Source of the DNA: Cyanophora paradoxa CCMP329
Taxonomy: Eukaryota; Plantae; Glaucophyta
Reading direction: 5' to 3'
DNA: 64,000 bases
NCBI GenBank assembly: GCA_004431415.1
Contig: QPMI01000104.1
Coordinates: forward strand, 248,001-312,000
Within the stretch, counting starts at the first letter, position 1; each line of letters opens with the position of its first letter. Positions 34,565 to 45,701 of this stretch are shown here, piece after piece. The notes under the pieces were generated by a model. That model searched no databases and had not been told where the DNA came from. It worked only from the letters and a program-made list of their open reading frames with translations. A program made the position numbers and the translations under genes.

Positions 34565-37500
34565 GGGCAGCGACGGCCTCGCGGCGAGCGTGGAGGGCAT
34601 CGGAGGAGGCGGCAGCGGCCTGCGCAGCGGCAACCGCTGAGCGAGACGCCGAGAGCGGGCAGGGTGGGGCGGCGCCGGCGGGCCGACCTCGGCCCGGGCG
34701 GCCTCGGCGGCCTTCTCCGCCTGCGCCAGCCGCTTCCGCATCCCTCCGCCTCCGCCACCGCCTGCGCGGCGCTGTCAGAGGCCGGCGCGCGAAGGGACGG
34801 CAGCGGCGCACGGCTGCGAGGTCGGAGCGGGCGCGCGCCGCCTCCTCCCGCGCCTCCCGCGCCCCCCGCTCCGCGCTCTCCGACTCGATCCGCGCCACCT
34901 GTACCCCATCGGAAAGGGCGAGGGGGATGAAGCGCAGGGGGGTACCTCGGCATCGGAGGCGAGGCGAGACTGGGCGGCGGAGGAGGCGCGGAGGGCCACC
35001 GAGAGCCGCGCCGCCTCTGCCCGCGCCTGTACCCCGCGCCCGCCGGCTCGGCGGGAGAAGGGGAGGGGGAAAGGGGTACTGCACCGCTTCGAGGTCGGCC
35101 CGGAGCCGCGCCAGCTCCTCCCCTGTACCCCTCCTCAGAGCGGCGGGGGTGGGGATGGCAGGGGACGGGAGGGCGGGTACCGGCGAGGGGATCGACTCCC
35201 GGCCGAGGTACATCGGAGTGGTCGGGCCCCGGAGCCGCCACCGGAGCCCGGTACGAGCCCATCAGCTACGGACCGGTTCAAAAGTTGCACATAGGAGGGG
35301 CGTGGCGGGCGGAGTGCGGGCCTGATCCAAGGATACGTCGGCGTCGATGCTCTCTGTACCCCCCGCTGCCCCCGCCGCCCCGCGAGCCCGCGCCGCCCGC
35401 TCGAACAGCGCGTCCGCCTCCTGCCCCCTCCCAAGCGAGTAAAGGACTGGCGGTCGCCGCGTCAGTAAAGACTCAGAGCGGCTCGGGCCGGCGCCGGGGC
35501 GGACCGCGGGCGAGGGACTCGGCGACGGGCGCGCAGGAGGGGTGATCGGGCCCCGCCGCCGCCTCCTGCATCCCCAGCGCACGCTGTACGAGCCGCTCAG
35601 CTCGTCTGGCTCAGGTGAGCGCGGGCAAGAGAGGCGTACCCGGAGCAAGGGCGCGGCCTCCGCCGCGCGCCCCTGCTCGGCCAGCGTCGCCCCGAGGGCG
35701 GCCAGCGCCGAGACCAAACGGGGCCCCTCGGGAGCCGAACCTCCGTCCAGCACCTCCAACGCCCTCTGCGGCGCGGCGTGAGGGGGGTACTCCGAAAGAT
35801 TGTTGGGCTCAGGGGTACCCTGAAGAGGGCCTCGGCTTCGGAGAAGTCGCCCCGGTGGAAGTAGACCTCGCCCAGGCCGCAGGCGCAGCTCACCTGAGGA
35901 TCCTTTCGTTAGGGGCGCGCGCAAGGGCCGCGGGCGCTAGGGCGGGGGGGTACGGACCTGCGCGGCGCGGAGCTCCTCGGGACGCTCCTCGGAGGGGGCC
36001 GCGTCGAGGGCGGCCAGCGCGCGCTGCGGGGCCGTGAGCAGATCGGCGGGCGAAAGGGAGGGGGGTACGGCGGCCTCGCCTTCAGCAGCGCCTCGGCGGC
36101 GGCGTCGTTGCCCTGCGGCTGTAGGTGACGGCGAGGGCGCAGCAGGTCCCGATGGCGAGGGGGCTCAGCCGAACGCGGCCTCCTGCACCGCCAGCGCCCG
36201 CTGCGGATCGAGCGCAAGGTAAGATCTTAGGATGCTTCAAGAATGAATAATAGAATGCGGGCGCGCCTCTAGGAGGGCCTCCGCCTCGTCGTGGAGGCCG
36301 CGGCCAGCGCACGCGTCCGCCAGCCTCTGCAGGCTGCGCGCGGCGTGAGGGGAGGGGGGTGAGGGAAAGGGAGGGCGGGCGAGGCCGCGCCTGAAGGCGG
36401 TGCGTGGGTGCTGCGGCCCGTACTCCGCCTCGCTCGCAGCCAGCGCGCGCTGCGGCACGCAGCGCACATGAGCCGCTGCTAAGTTTCAGTGAGGCGGTGA
36501 GCGAGCGGCGCACTCGGAAGAGGGCCTCGGCCCTCGCCAGGTCGCCCCGCTGCATGCACTCCTGGCCCGCTGCGAAGGAGGTCGGCCAGCTGAGCGAGAC
36601 GGCAGAGAGGACGGGGCGCGGCCCGGCGGCCCGGCGGAGGCGCGCGGACCCGCTCGAGCTCGGCGCGGGCGGTCTCGGGTCCCACGGGCGTCGCCTCCTC
36701 CTCCAAAGGCGAGGCCGCCCGCCTTCCTCGCGGCGGGGGCCCTCCGGGCGGCTCGCGAGCTCCTCCAGCGCGCTCGCCAGCTGCCCGGTCGGGGTTCAGA
36801 AGAGGCTGCGGGGCACACGACAGAGTTCTCAACCGCACCTGCTCAGAGAACGACGCGCCGGAGCGCGGGACGGGGCCACGGGCGCCCCCGCGGCGCGGCG
36901 GGGGGTACGGGGCCGGAGGAGCCCGGGGCCGCGGCGCGGCCCGCCCGGAGCCGAGCGCGGGGCGGCCCTCGAGGGGACGCGGGGGAAACCACAGCGGCGG
37001 CGGCGCCGGCTGCCGAGGCGGAGGCGGCGGAGGCGGCGCCGGCGGCGCGGCGTCCCCAGGTCCCGGGCTTGCTCCCGCCGCCGCCGAAGACGCGGCGCGC
37101 ACCCGCGAGAGGGGCGACATCGGCGCCTGTGGAGCCTCTGGTGGCTCCGAGGAGGTGGAAGTGGAGGGGGGGGGCGGGGGCGAGGGCGCTGGGGAGGATG
37201 CCGGCGGCGCCGGCGAGGGAGCCGGAGAAGGAGGCGCGGCTGGCGGGGCCAGCGGATGCCCGAGAGGCCCACCTGGCGGGAGGCGGAGTCAGAGCCGATA
37301 AGAATATAAACCAGAGCTATGGGCTTTCGACCCTTTCCAGCTCAATGGCTGTACATGTATGTATAGCTAGCGCGCAGGCGGCCTTACCGAGTAGACCTCC
37401 TCGATGAAGGAGATCGCCTGCGACTGCCTGCGACGCCCCCACCCCCGTGCTCAGATGAGATCTGAGCCGGGCCGGGGCGGCCCGGACGCACCGGTAGGCC

Positions 37501-37634
37501 CGCCCCCGACGGCGAAGTGCTGGCTGGAGGCGGGCGCGGGGAGGGAGACCAGGGCCGCCTGGGAGCGGCGCGAGGGCGCGCCCCGCGCCTGCAGCGCCTG
37601 CCGAGTGCTCCCCCGGGCCCGTCTTTATGCACAT
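34084..37634 (-). CDS. TPR + coiled-coil + RING protein, copy 3; 5' end uncertain; homopolymer indels
   Basis: Intact RING exon 34084-34410 (CLACAARPRAVLALPCRHLALCGECFEGPGGARCPLC); TPR exons as in copy 2. Confidence 0.72.
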
Positions 37635-38252
37635 CTCAACTGTAGGGCCGCCCGAGGCTCAGGGGCCAGGGCCCCTTGGAGGGGCAGGGGGCTCAGCGGG
37701 GGTGGAGGGAGCGTGCCGAAGGACGGGGCCGCTTCTGACCTGACCGCGGGCCGCCCCCTCGGCAGCTGATGGGCCGCAACGATCGCGGGTACCGCATCGA
37801 GGCCCCCGAATCCGTCGCCGACAACCGCGAGGTCTGCCCGCGCGCCCGCCCCCGTGGCCGAGGCTGACGCCGCGCTGCTGGGCCGGGCCGGGCCGGGCCG
37901 GGCTAGGCTGGGATGGGCCGGGCTGGCTTGGCAAGGGCTAGCGGCTAGCTGCAGGGGGAACAGACGCCACCCGCGCCGCCTCCGAGGCCCGCCTGGGAAA
38001 TCTAAATCAAACCGCCTCCGTCGGCGCCGATTGCAACCGCGCCGCGGCAGACCTTCTTCCGCCCTCCTGCCGCACCCCATGGCCACCCCTCAACCCTCCG
38101 TCCACGGGCCACAGGCTCACAGCCCTCTCTACCCTCATGGCTCTACCCTCACGGCTCCGGATCCTGTCGGACGTGGTATCGCAGAGCAAATATATACTCA
38201 ATCCAGTTCAGCTATCGTATTCAAGCGATTGAACTCTAGTACTGGACCTAGG

Positions 38253-41200
38253 CTAAACGGCGATGTCGGTGGTGTATGCCTCGAGCTCGGTGTCGGCAAT
38301 CATCTGCAGGAATAAAATAAGGCAATTATTGCAAGCCGTGAGCGCGAGCTCACCAAAACCTCGGCGTCCACCTCTTCATCTATCTCCACGCAAACGGTAT
38401 CGATGCCAATTGCAACGTCGGCCTGAGCATCGATATCGATATCCTCGTCATCGACATACTGCGAGACAAGAATCCGCAAGCGAGATATGTGCATATTTGA
38501 ATCGACCGACTTGGGAAACAAATTCGCACACCGGTACCTTCAGTTCGGCCTCATCCACCAGTGCAACGGCATCGTCAAGCTGAGCAAATGTGCCTTCGTG
38601 CGCATGGAGATTTACGTGGTGAGTTTTTCGGATTCAATATTCGCGCATACACTCGATCTTTGAAGTTCGTGCTTACAATCGAGCTTGTTCGTGTATCCAG
38701 GAACAGTATTGCAATCGAGGCGGAGATTGGTCGACCTGCCTGGAGGCATCACTTCGAGAGACCTCAAAAGTAACAATTTTAATGCGAAGAGCAAGCCGAA
38801 TCTAACGCACGCGGCTTGCCCAAACTTCGACCTCGCTGAAGTTAATGTACTGATCGGTCCCTGCCGAATTCGAATCCGCTCAGTGGAAGATCGCCAAGTA
38901 CTGGTACTAGTTGAAATCGGCGTCGACGTCTAGCTCCGGTTTAAACACAACCGCCACACGCACCAGCTGACGACGTTTTCGTGATCGAACGGCGTCCCTG
39001 TCCGTATCGAATTCGAACAGAATTAAATTCGAAGTGTGTGAGTTTCTTCGAGCTCGACGTCATTGATCGTAAAATTAAAGCGGAATCCGAAATCCGAAAT
39101 CCGAAATCGCATGGAGGTCACTAGAGGTCAAAAAGTTAAGCGCACCGACAGTCCCCGACGACGGAAGCACGTGCTTTGTCAAGTTCGTGACAGTGGAATC
39201 GAACACGGGGCTGGCAATCGTTGGAGACGTGTAGACCTGCATCCGCCGAGCTCATGATCAGCTCGACTGGAATATATATAACAGCTGGAACAGAGTTCTT
39301 GCACCACTTTGCCATCATTCAAACCTGTCAGTTCGAAGTCAATGCGAACTCGACGTGAGCTTATAATTCCAATTAAGAGATCGAAGAGCGGAAAGACTCT
39401 CGATCGACGTTCGGACGCGAATGCAAATGCGCTTGCCTCGTAAACGATGTTCTTGAATCGGGTCCCAGCGTTACCTGCGTTGTCTCAAAATAAGTCCTGT
39501 GCGTGATTAGAAGAACGTCATTCCTGCACGTACCTGAGCGCTGCGCAATGCAAAATGCGGGCGAGCGTCATGATCAGTTGCACAAACATTGAATTCGAAC
39601 TTCTAAGCTTCTTGATTGATTTAACATCGCGCACGTTGTAAACGTCAATTTGTCCGACGTGTAGTCTTTCTGCAGTGCAAAGGGTCAGGCTTTATTCGAA
39701 CGCGGGGATGAAAACCGAAGTATTCGAAATGTGCGCTTACGCCAAGGTTGATGGTGATGGCAGGCTTCATATCGGAATCTGATGAATGATATCCGCGAGC
39801 ACTGCCAAAGTCCCAGACTTTCCTTTTCCATCTGTGCGCGTGCATCGCAAGCAGATCGCACTGCAACATAAGTTCACTCGCAAATATTGATATCATGCGC
39901 ACCGGTGGCCAGCGTACTGGGGTAGTCGGAGGTATCTGACGATAGGAAGGGATGCGCGTTCGGTCAAACAAATGTGCGCGTGCATTGGAGACCGTTGACG
40001 AAAGGAGCACATTGAGAGGTCGCATTTGTCGAAGCCCCAGAGCAACGTTCTCCAACCAGCGGACCTGCCGTTCCGATCGCGGCACGGTGAGTCAAGATCC
40101 GGATCCGGCAACGCGCACCGGCTCAAGGGACGATAATTGGCAATCGCACTTCATGGCGTTCACGTGGGTGTCCCATACCCAGACTGGCCTGCAACACTGG
40201 CTCAAATGCGATTGCGACCCTAGACAAATCAAAGGAATTGAAAACAGTCGAGCGCACGCGGCCTTGCCCCAAACTTCGACCTCGCCGAGGTTCAATATCT
40301 GATCGGTGCCTGCCGAATCCGCTCAATGCAAGATGGCAAAGTTGAACATATAGGCGTCGACAACTGCGGATAAAAACACAATACCGCCCCACGCACCAGC
40401 TGATGATGTTTTCGTAATTCGAACGGTGTCCCCTGTCCGTATGCGATTCGAACGAATTCCGAAATCGTATGGAGGTCACTAGAGGTCAAAAAGTTAAGCG
40501 CACCGACAGTCCCCGACGACGGAAGCACGTGCTTTGTCAAGTTCGTGACAGTGGCATCGTATGCCGGGCTGGCAATCGTTGGAGACGTGTAGACCTGCAT
40601 CCGCCCGAGCTCATGATCAGCTCGACTAGAATATATATAACATGTACAGCTGGAACAGAGTTCTCGCACCACTTTGCCATCATTCAAAACCTGTCAGTTC
40701 GAAGTCAATGCGAACTCGACGTGAGCTTATAATTCCAATTAAGAGATCGAAGAGCGGAAAGACTCTCGATCGACGTTCGGACGCGAATGCAAATGCGCTT
40801 GCCTCGTAAACAATGTTCTTGTATCGGGTCCCGAGGTTTTCTGCGTTGTCTCAAAATCATGCATGATATATAAGCAGAACGTCATTCCTGCACGTACCGT
40901 CCGTGCGCTGCGCAATGCAAAGTACAGGCGAGCGTCAGTTACACAAACACACAACTCTAGAGCTTCATTATTAATTTCAAGAGCGGGCACGTTGTAAACG
41001 TCGATTTCTCCGACAAGTAGTCTTTCTGCAGTGCAAATGAACAGGCCTTATAAATACGCCAGCGCAGGGAGGAAAAGGAAGATTTGAAACATGCACTTAC
41101 GCCAAGGTTAATGGAGATGACAGGCTTGCTGTCGGCGCCTGATGAATGATATCCATTGACTTTGGAGAAGTTCCCCTCCTTTCTTGTCCATCTGCGCAAG

Positions 41201-41863
41201 CGTGTCGCACCATGGCCAGTGGCACTGCAATGGCAAGGTCACTCGCGAAGATTGATATCGCGCGCACCGGTGGCCAGTTTGCTGGAATAGGCGGAGGTAT
41301 CTGGCGATAACAGAGGAACACGCGTACGCGTTTGGTCAGAGAAACTGTGCGTTGGAGAGCATTGTCGAAAGGAGCACATTCAGAGGTTGCAGTTGTCGAA
41401 GCCGCCAAAGCAACGTTCTCCCAGCCAGCGGACCTGCCGTTCCGATCGCGGCACGGTGAGGTTAGATCCGGATCCGGCAACGCCAGCATAAATATAAGGG
41501 ACGATGAATCGTACTTCATGGAGTTCACGTGGGGTGTCCAGGCGTCTGCGCCCGCGATCGGCGCCGCGGCCGTCGATGTCGACGTCTGGAGCACCTCGCA
41601 ACCATATCCATGCCTTCAGACTCCGTGAAACGCCAGGATTTAGCTCCAACAGGCGTGCAAGCGTTTGTTGCTTTCGCTATGTGTTGGCCATATTCGTCCC
41701 GAAAGGATCTTTCAACACTCCGTGTCCCCATTAAGAAGGGCGGTCCCGTGCAGTCGCGTTGGCAAGCAGGTAAACTCTGTGGCGCGAACGGCGTCATGCA
41801 TATGATCGTGATCAGCACGTACCAGCGCTCGAGCTTCATCGCAAAGCGCGCACTGCCGCCCAT
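38253..41863 (-). CDS. F-type lectin protein with two lectin domains, copy 3 (1-bp indels, probably consensus errors)
   Basis: Colinear with copy 2. Confidence 0.68.
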
Positions 41864-42288
41864 GATGACCTCAATCGAATCGGTTCTCGTTCGCGCAACA
41901 GCAGCAAGGATCCAGAAGACCCTGCCACAGTGCGCAGGGCCGTCGGTCGTCTATAGCAAGCACCAAAGTATGTATCCGCGGCGATTCCGCGCCCTCACCT
42001 AGGCCTAGGCCTTAAGAGATTGAACTTCGAACTTTGAAGTGAACAACCACAAACTTGCAAGTTGAAAGGCAAGAGCGACTCCGAGAACTCTGTCTCCGAC
42101 TCGGCGAGCTTGACTCAGGCTCGAGGCTCCGAAGAGCCCAGGCTAGCCGGCCCCCACCTCCGGGGCCGTGGCCCCACGGCCCTAGGAGCCGCGGCTAGCC
42201 GGCGGCGGCCTATTGGCAATACTAGCTATACCGTGTAACACAAAAATATGGCTGACAGATTTATGTCGTTATAGACTTCTAGTACGGT

Positions 42289-42610
42289 GTGCTACGACCT
42301 CCCGGATTTCCGGGTTCGGTTCCTGCTGTTTCCGCTTCGTTGTACTTCGAATCCCCGTGATTCCCGATACCGTGACTTGTATCCTCGTTGTGTACTACGA
42401 GTGGGTACGCCTACCGTAGATCTTTAAAAAAAAATACCGCGCTTTAGCGCAGTGGTACAAGGTCGTGCTACGACCTCCCGGATTTCCGGGTTCGGTTCCT
42501 GCTGTTTCCGCATCGTTGTACTTCGAATCCCCGTGATTCCCGATACCGTAACTTGTATCCTCGTTGTGTACTACGAGTGGGTACGCCCGCCGTAGATCTT
42601 TAAAAAAAAA
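42289..42610 (+). mobile_element. tRNA-derived SINE (family 2), head-to-tail dimer, copy-3-specific
   Basis: TSD tagtacggt (42280-42288 and 42611-42619); empty site in copies 1 and 2. Monomers 42289-42434 (5'-truncated) and 42435-42610, each with an A tail. A-box TAGCGCAGTGG at 42445 and B-box-like GGTTCGGTTCC at 42489. Confidence 0.85.
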
Positions 42611-42947
42611 TAGTACGGTTATACAACTTGACCCTTCTCTTGGTGGAATATGACGGTACCAAATTATGTCGTAATGAAAATTTCAGGCTTGTCGTCACTG
42701 ACTCGTCAGTGACTCAGTGTATGGGGCGGTAAATTGTATGGGGTACCACTGAGAGTGCCCTACTTTGACGGTCTCAAATTATGTCGTTATTTCACGTCCG
42801 AAGCGACATAATTTGGTACCGACATAGTAAAGGTTTTTTTTGAGAGACAACCGTGGGGCGGCTCGCTGTGGGCCTGTGGCGCCGCGCCAAGTTCGTTCGG
42901 CGCCGGACGTCTGGTGGCCGCCCCAAAAATTACCGCCCCATACAAGC

Positions 42948-44119
42948 GATTCCCTCGGGGGGGTACGGGGTTGCGAGGGCCGCCTCTGGCGGCGCCCTTG
43001 TGCGCCCCGCGGGGGACAGTGCGTAGCAGCTTCGTCTTCTACAGCCTGCTGGCGTTCCGGCAAGCCCGGGATCATCGCGCCCGCTGGCAGCTAGCGCAAT
43101 CTCGGGAAGGATCGACAGCCGCGCCTGGCGGGTCCGGGGCCGATCTGGGCTCGTCCTGGATCGTACGCCGTGCGCGTAAGGACGCCCCGGGCGCGGCGGA
43201 TCCCCCGAGTGCGCGCAGGTTGCTCTTCGGACGCACCATCCAACAGCGCCCGGCAAAGTAGAAGGCCGCAGAGGCGGAGCGAGTAGGACCATTCCTTCCG
43301 CCAGATGACGCCGGCCTCTCGATGACCGGCGGCCGCCGAGGTTCCGCCGCGCGGGGGTCCTCCTGTGCGTCTCCTCCGGCGCCGGGACTCTCCTCTCTGC
43401 TCCGCTCTCGGGTCCTCGTCCTCCGGCGGCCCGCGTCTCTCTCCTGCGGGCACCCGGGGGCGCCCGCCGGCGGGTCGGCGACGGTGGAGCCTCGCCGCGG
43501 CCGCGCTGCGATCGTGGGCAGGTGTCTGGCGGCGGCGGACTGGTTCTCACGCACTGGTGGCGGGAGCTCGAGGAGGAGGAACCGCGGCGCGAGGTGGCGG
43601 CTCGCCTCTGGCAAACCGCTCCAGCGGCGGCCCCGCGCGGGTCGCCGTGGGCGGAGTTGGGGGCGCCGCGCGCCACCCGCAGTCGCCCCCCTTTCTCTTT
43701 CTCTCGTCCTATAGCTAGATATAGAAGTAGGAGTAGGCGACGCGCGCGACGCTACGTTTCTTTCTTTCTCGTCGCCTATCTCTGAGGTTGGGTTCCTTCG
43801 CAGATCCTTTCCTGCTTCCTTGACATGCCTCGTAGGGATATGCCTCGTGCATCCTGGAATATAGGCTAATATGTACTGAGGTGTACGTGGGCAGGCTATG
43901 GCTATCCCCAAAAACCTTGCTCCCCGCAGTACATAGGTCTGTTTTTCAGGACCTTTTATGAGGATGGGCCCATGGGCAGCTGTCTTGCTATTCTCTACTT
44001 GTTAGTGAGGCAGACTGGTAAACTTCGGTTTTGGGTAGATCCGACTTGTCTACTTTCGGAAGGGTCCGGTAGATTGATGTGGTAGTGCCGTCAATATACC
44101 GTCATTTTTGCAAAAAAAA
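42948..44119 (+). mobile_element. 1,172-bp non-LTR retroposon (likely 5'-truncated LINE or retroposed RNA), copy-3-specific
   Basis: 17-bp TSD taccgccccatacaagc (42931-42947 and 44120-44136); A8 tail; empty site in copies 1 and 2; no recognisable RT motif. Confidence 0.8.
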
Positions 44120-45163
44120 TACCGCCCCATACAAGCCTTAAAATTTCATAGCAACATAATTTGGGAGCGTCATATTTCACGCACGGGAGTCCAGGCTTTA
44201 TAAACGACATCTCAGATGGCGTCCGACCGTCGGACGGTCACGGTCATATTTAAGTGTTACTGTCACAGTGTGTTACTAAGCTACACGGTCACCGGGTAGC
44301 CGGCGCCGGCCCCCAACTAGGGCTGGGCACAGTCCGACTTTTCCCCCACCGGGTCGGTGGGCCCGCTGACTGTTACCCACCGGTGGCGGTCGGTGGAGGT
44401 GGGGGTACGTGCTACAGTGCGTGAAAATTGACAAGAAATACGCTAAATTCTGCACAGCTTCAAGGCGCTACGCGCCTACTCTGTTCCCAACTGTCTAAAG
44501 CAATTGCAAGTGCTTTGGGGCGAGTTCCGAAAGTTCAAGCCAGTTGTGGGGGAGGCCGGGGTGGTTGATGCTCAGAAGGGGTACGGGATATCGCGATCGA
44601 TGGCGTCAGCTCCCTTGGGCTCCGTCGGATTGAAGAGCACAGGAGCGCAGGAGAGCAGGAAGATGAACTAAGCAGGACTTTCCTGACCTGGGTGCACGGA
44701 ATATGTAACTTTCGCGCGCGAGAATATGAAATTTTCGCGAGCCTACCCCCCCTAGAAATTTTATTTGTATGGTACCGGGCGTTGTATGGCGGTGGGCCAG
44801 ATTTTCCACCCGGTCGGTCGGTGGGAGGCCGCCACTGCCACCGGCCGCCACCGGCCCAGCCCTACGGGCCCCAACCTGGCCGGGCGCCGCGGCCGGCTGG
44901 CCCCAGCCCGGCCGCCCCACGCCGTCGACGTCCACGCCGTGACGCCGTGACGGTGACGGGCCACGGGCCACCGGCCAGTACTAGCCCAGTAGTAGCTAGG
45001 GTTACCGTCTGACGGTAATGTCGGTCCCCCAGGCTCCGACATCGACAATGTCGAATGTCAGGTGGATTTCGGTGCGATCCGACAGAGGGGGGGGGTAGGG
45101 GTCGTCTCCGCCGGCAGAATGCGCCATAAATTATAAATTAAGGCTTCTGGTGCTCCAGGAAGT

Positions 45164-45626
45164 CCCTCCTCAGATCGGCGGGGCAAGGAGGGAGAGGGGG
45201 TCCAAAAGGGGGGTACCGGCGAGGGAATCGACCCCTGGCCGGGGTACGCCGGAGTTGTCGGGTCCCGGGGCCGCGACCGGGGCCCGGTACGAGCCCATCA
45301 GCTGCGGATCGGTTCAGAGGGGGAAAGAGGAAAGGCGGGGCGGGCGGCTTGCGCGCCTGGTCCAGGGATACGTCGGCGTCGATGCTCTCTGTACCCACCG
45401 CCGCCCCCGCCCCCCCCGCGGCCCCGCCCGCTCGCTCGAACAGCGCGTCCGCCTCCTCCGCCCTCCCCAGCGAGTACAGGACTGCCGGCGACCGAGTCAG
45501 CGGAAGGGGGCGGAGCCTCTGAGCGGCTCGGGCCGGCGCCGGGGCGGACCGCGGGCGAGGGACTCAGCGACGGGCGCGACCCCCGCGGCCCCCGCGGCCC
45601 CGCCCGCCCGGGCCGCCCGCTCGAAC
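45164..45626 (-). pseudogene. Diverged fragment of a further TPR-RING paralogue
   Basis: Encodes GTESIDADVSLDQ, LMGSYRAPVAAPGPDNSGVPRPGVD and VLYSLGRAEEADALFER; homologous to ~11025-11440; internally rearranged. Confidence 0.75.
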
Positions 45627-45701
45627 GAGGCGCAGTCGGCGCAGCGGTTCGGACCGGCGCAGAGCAGGTCGCTTCGGGGTGGTTCTCGAAGCCGAAGCCG
45701 A

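Larger units (their letters stand above)
34077..45163 (+). repeat. Segmental tandem repeat, copy 3 (partial; ends inside the hAT MITE)
   Basis: Homology stops after ...tgctccaggaagt at 45163. Carries two unique retro-insertions and many 1-bp homopolymer deletions. Confidence 0.9.

Noticed and set aside
36000-41800. Frameshifts implying that copy-3 genes are pseudogenes
   Set aside because: Almost all are 1-bp deletions in homopolymers with few substitutions, the pattern of long-read consensus error. Not callable without reads.
42435-42505. A tRNA gene
   Set aside because: A and B boxes are present but there is no cloverleaf or anticodon arm; the A tail and TSD identify it as a SINE.
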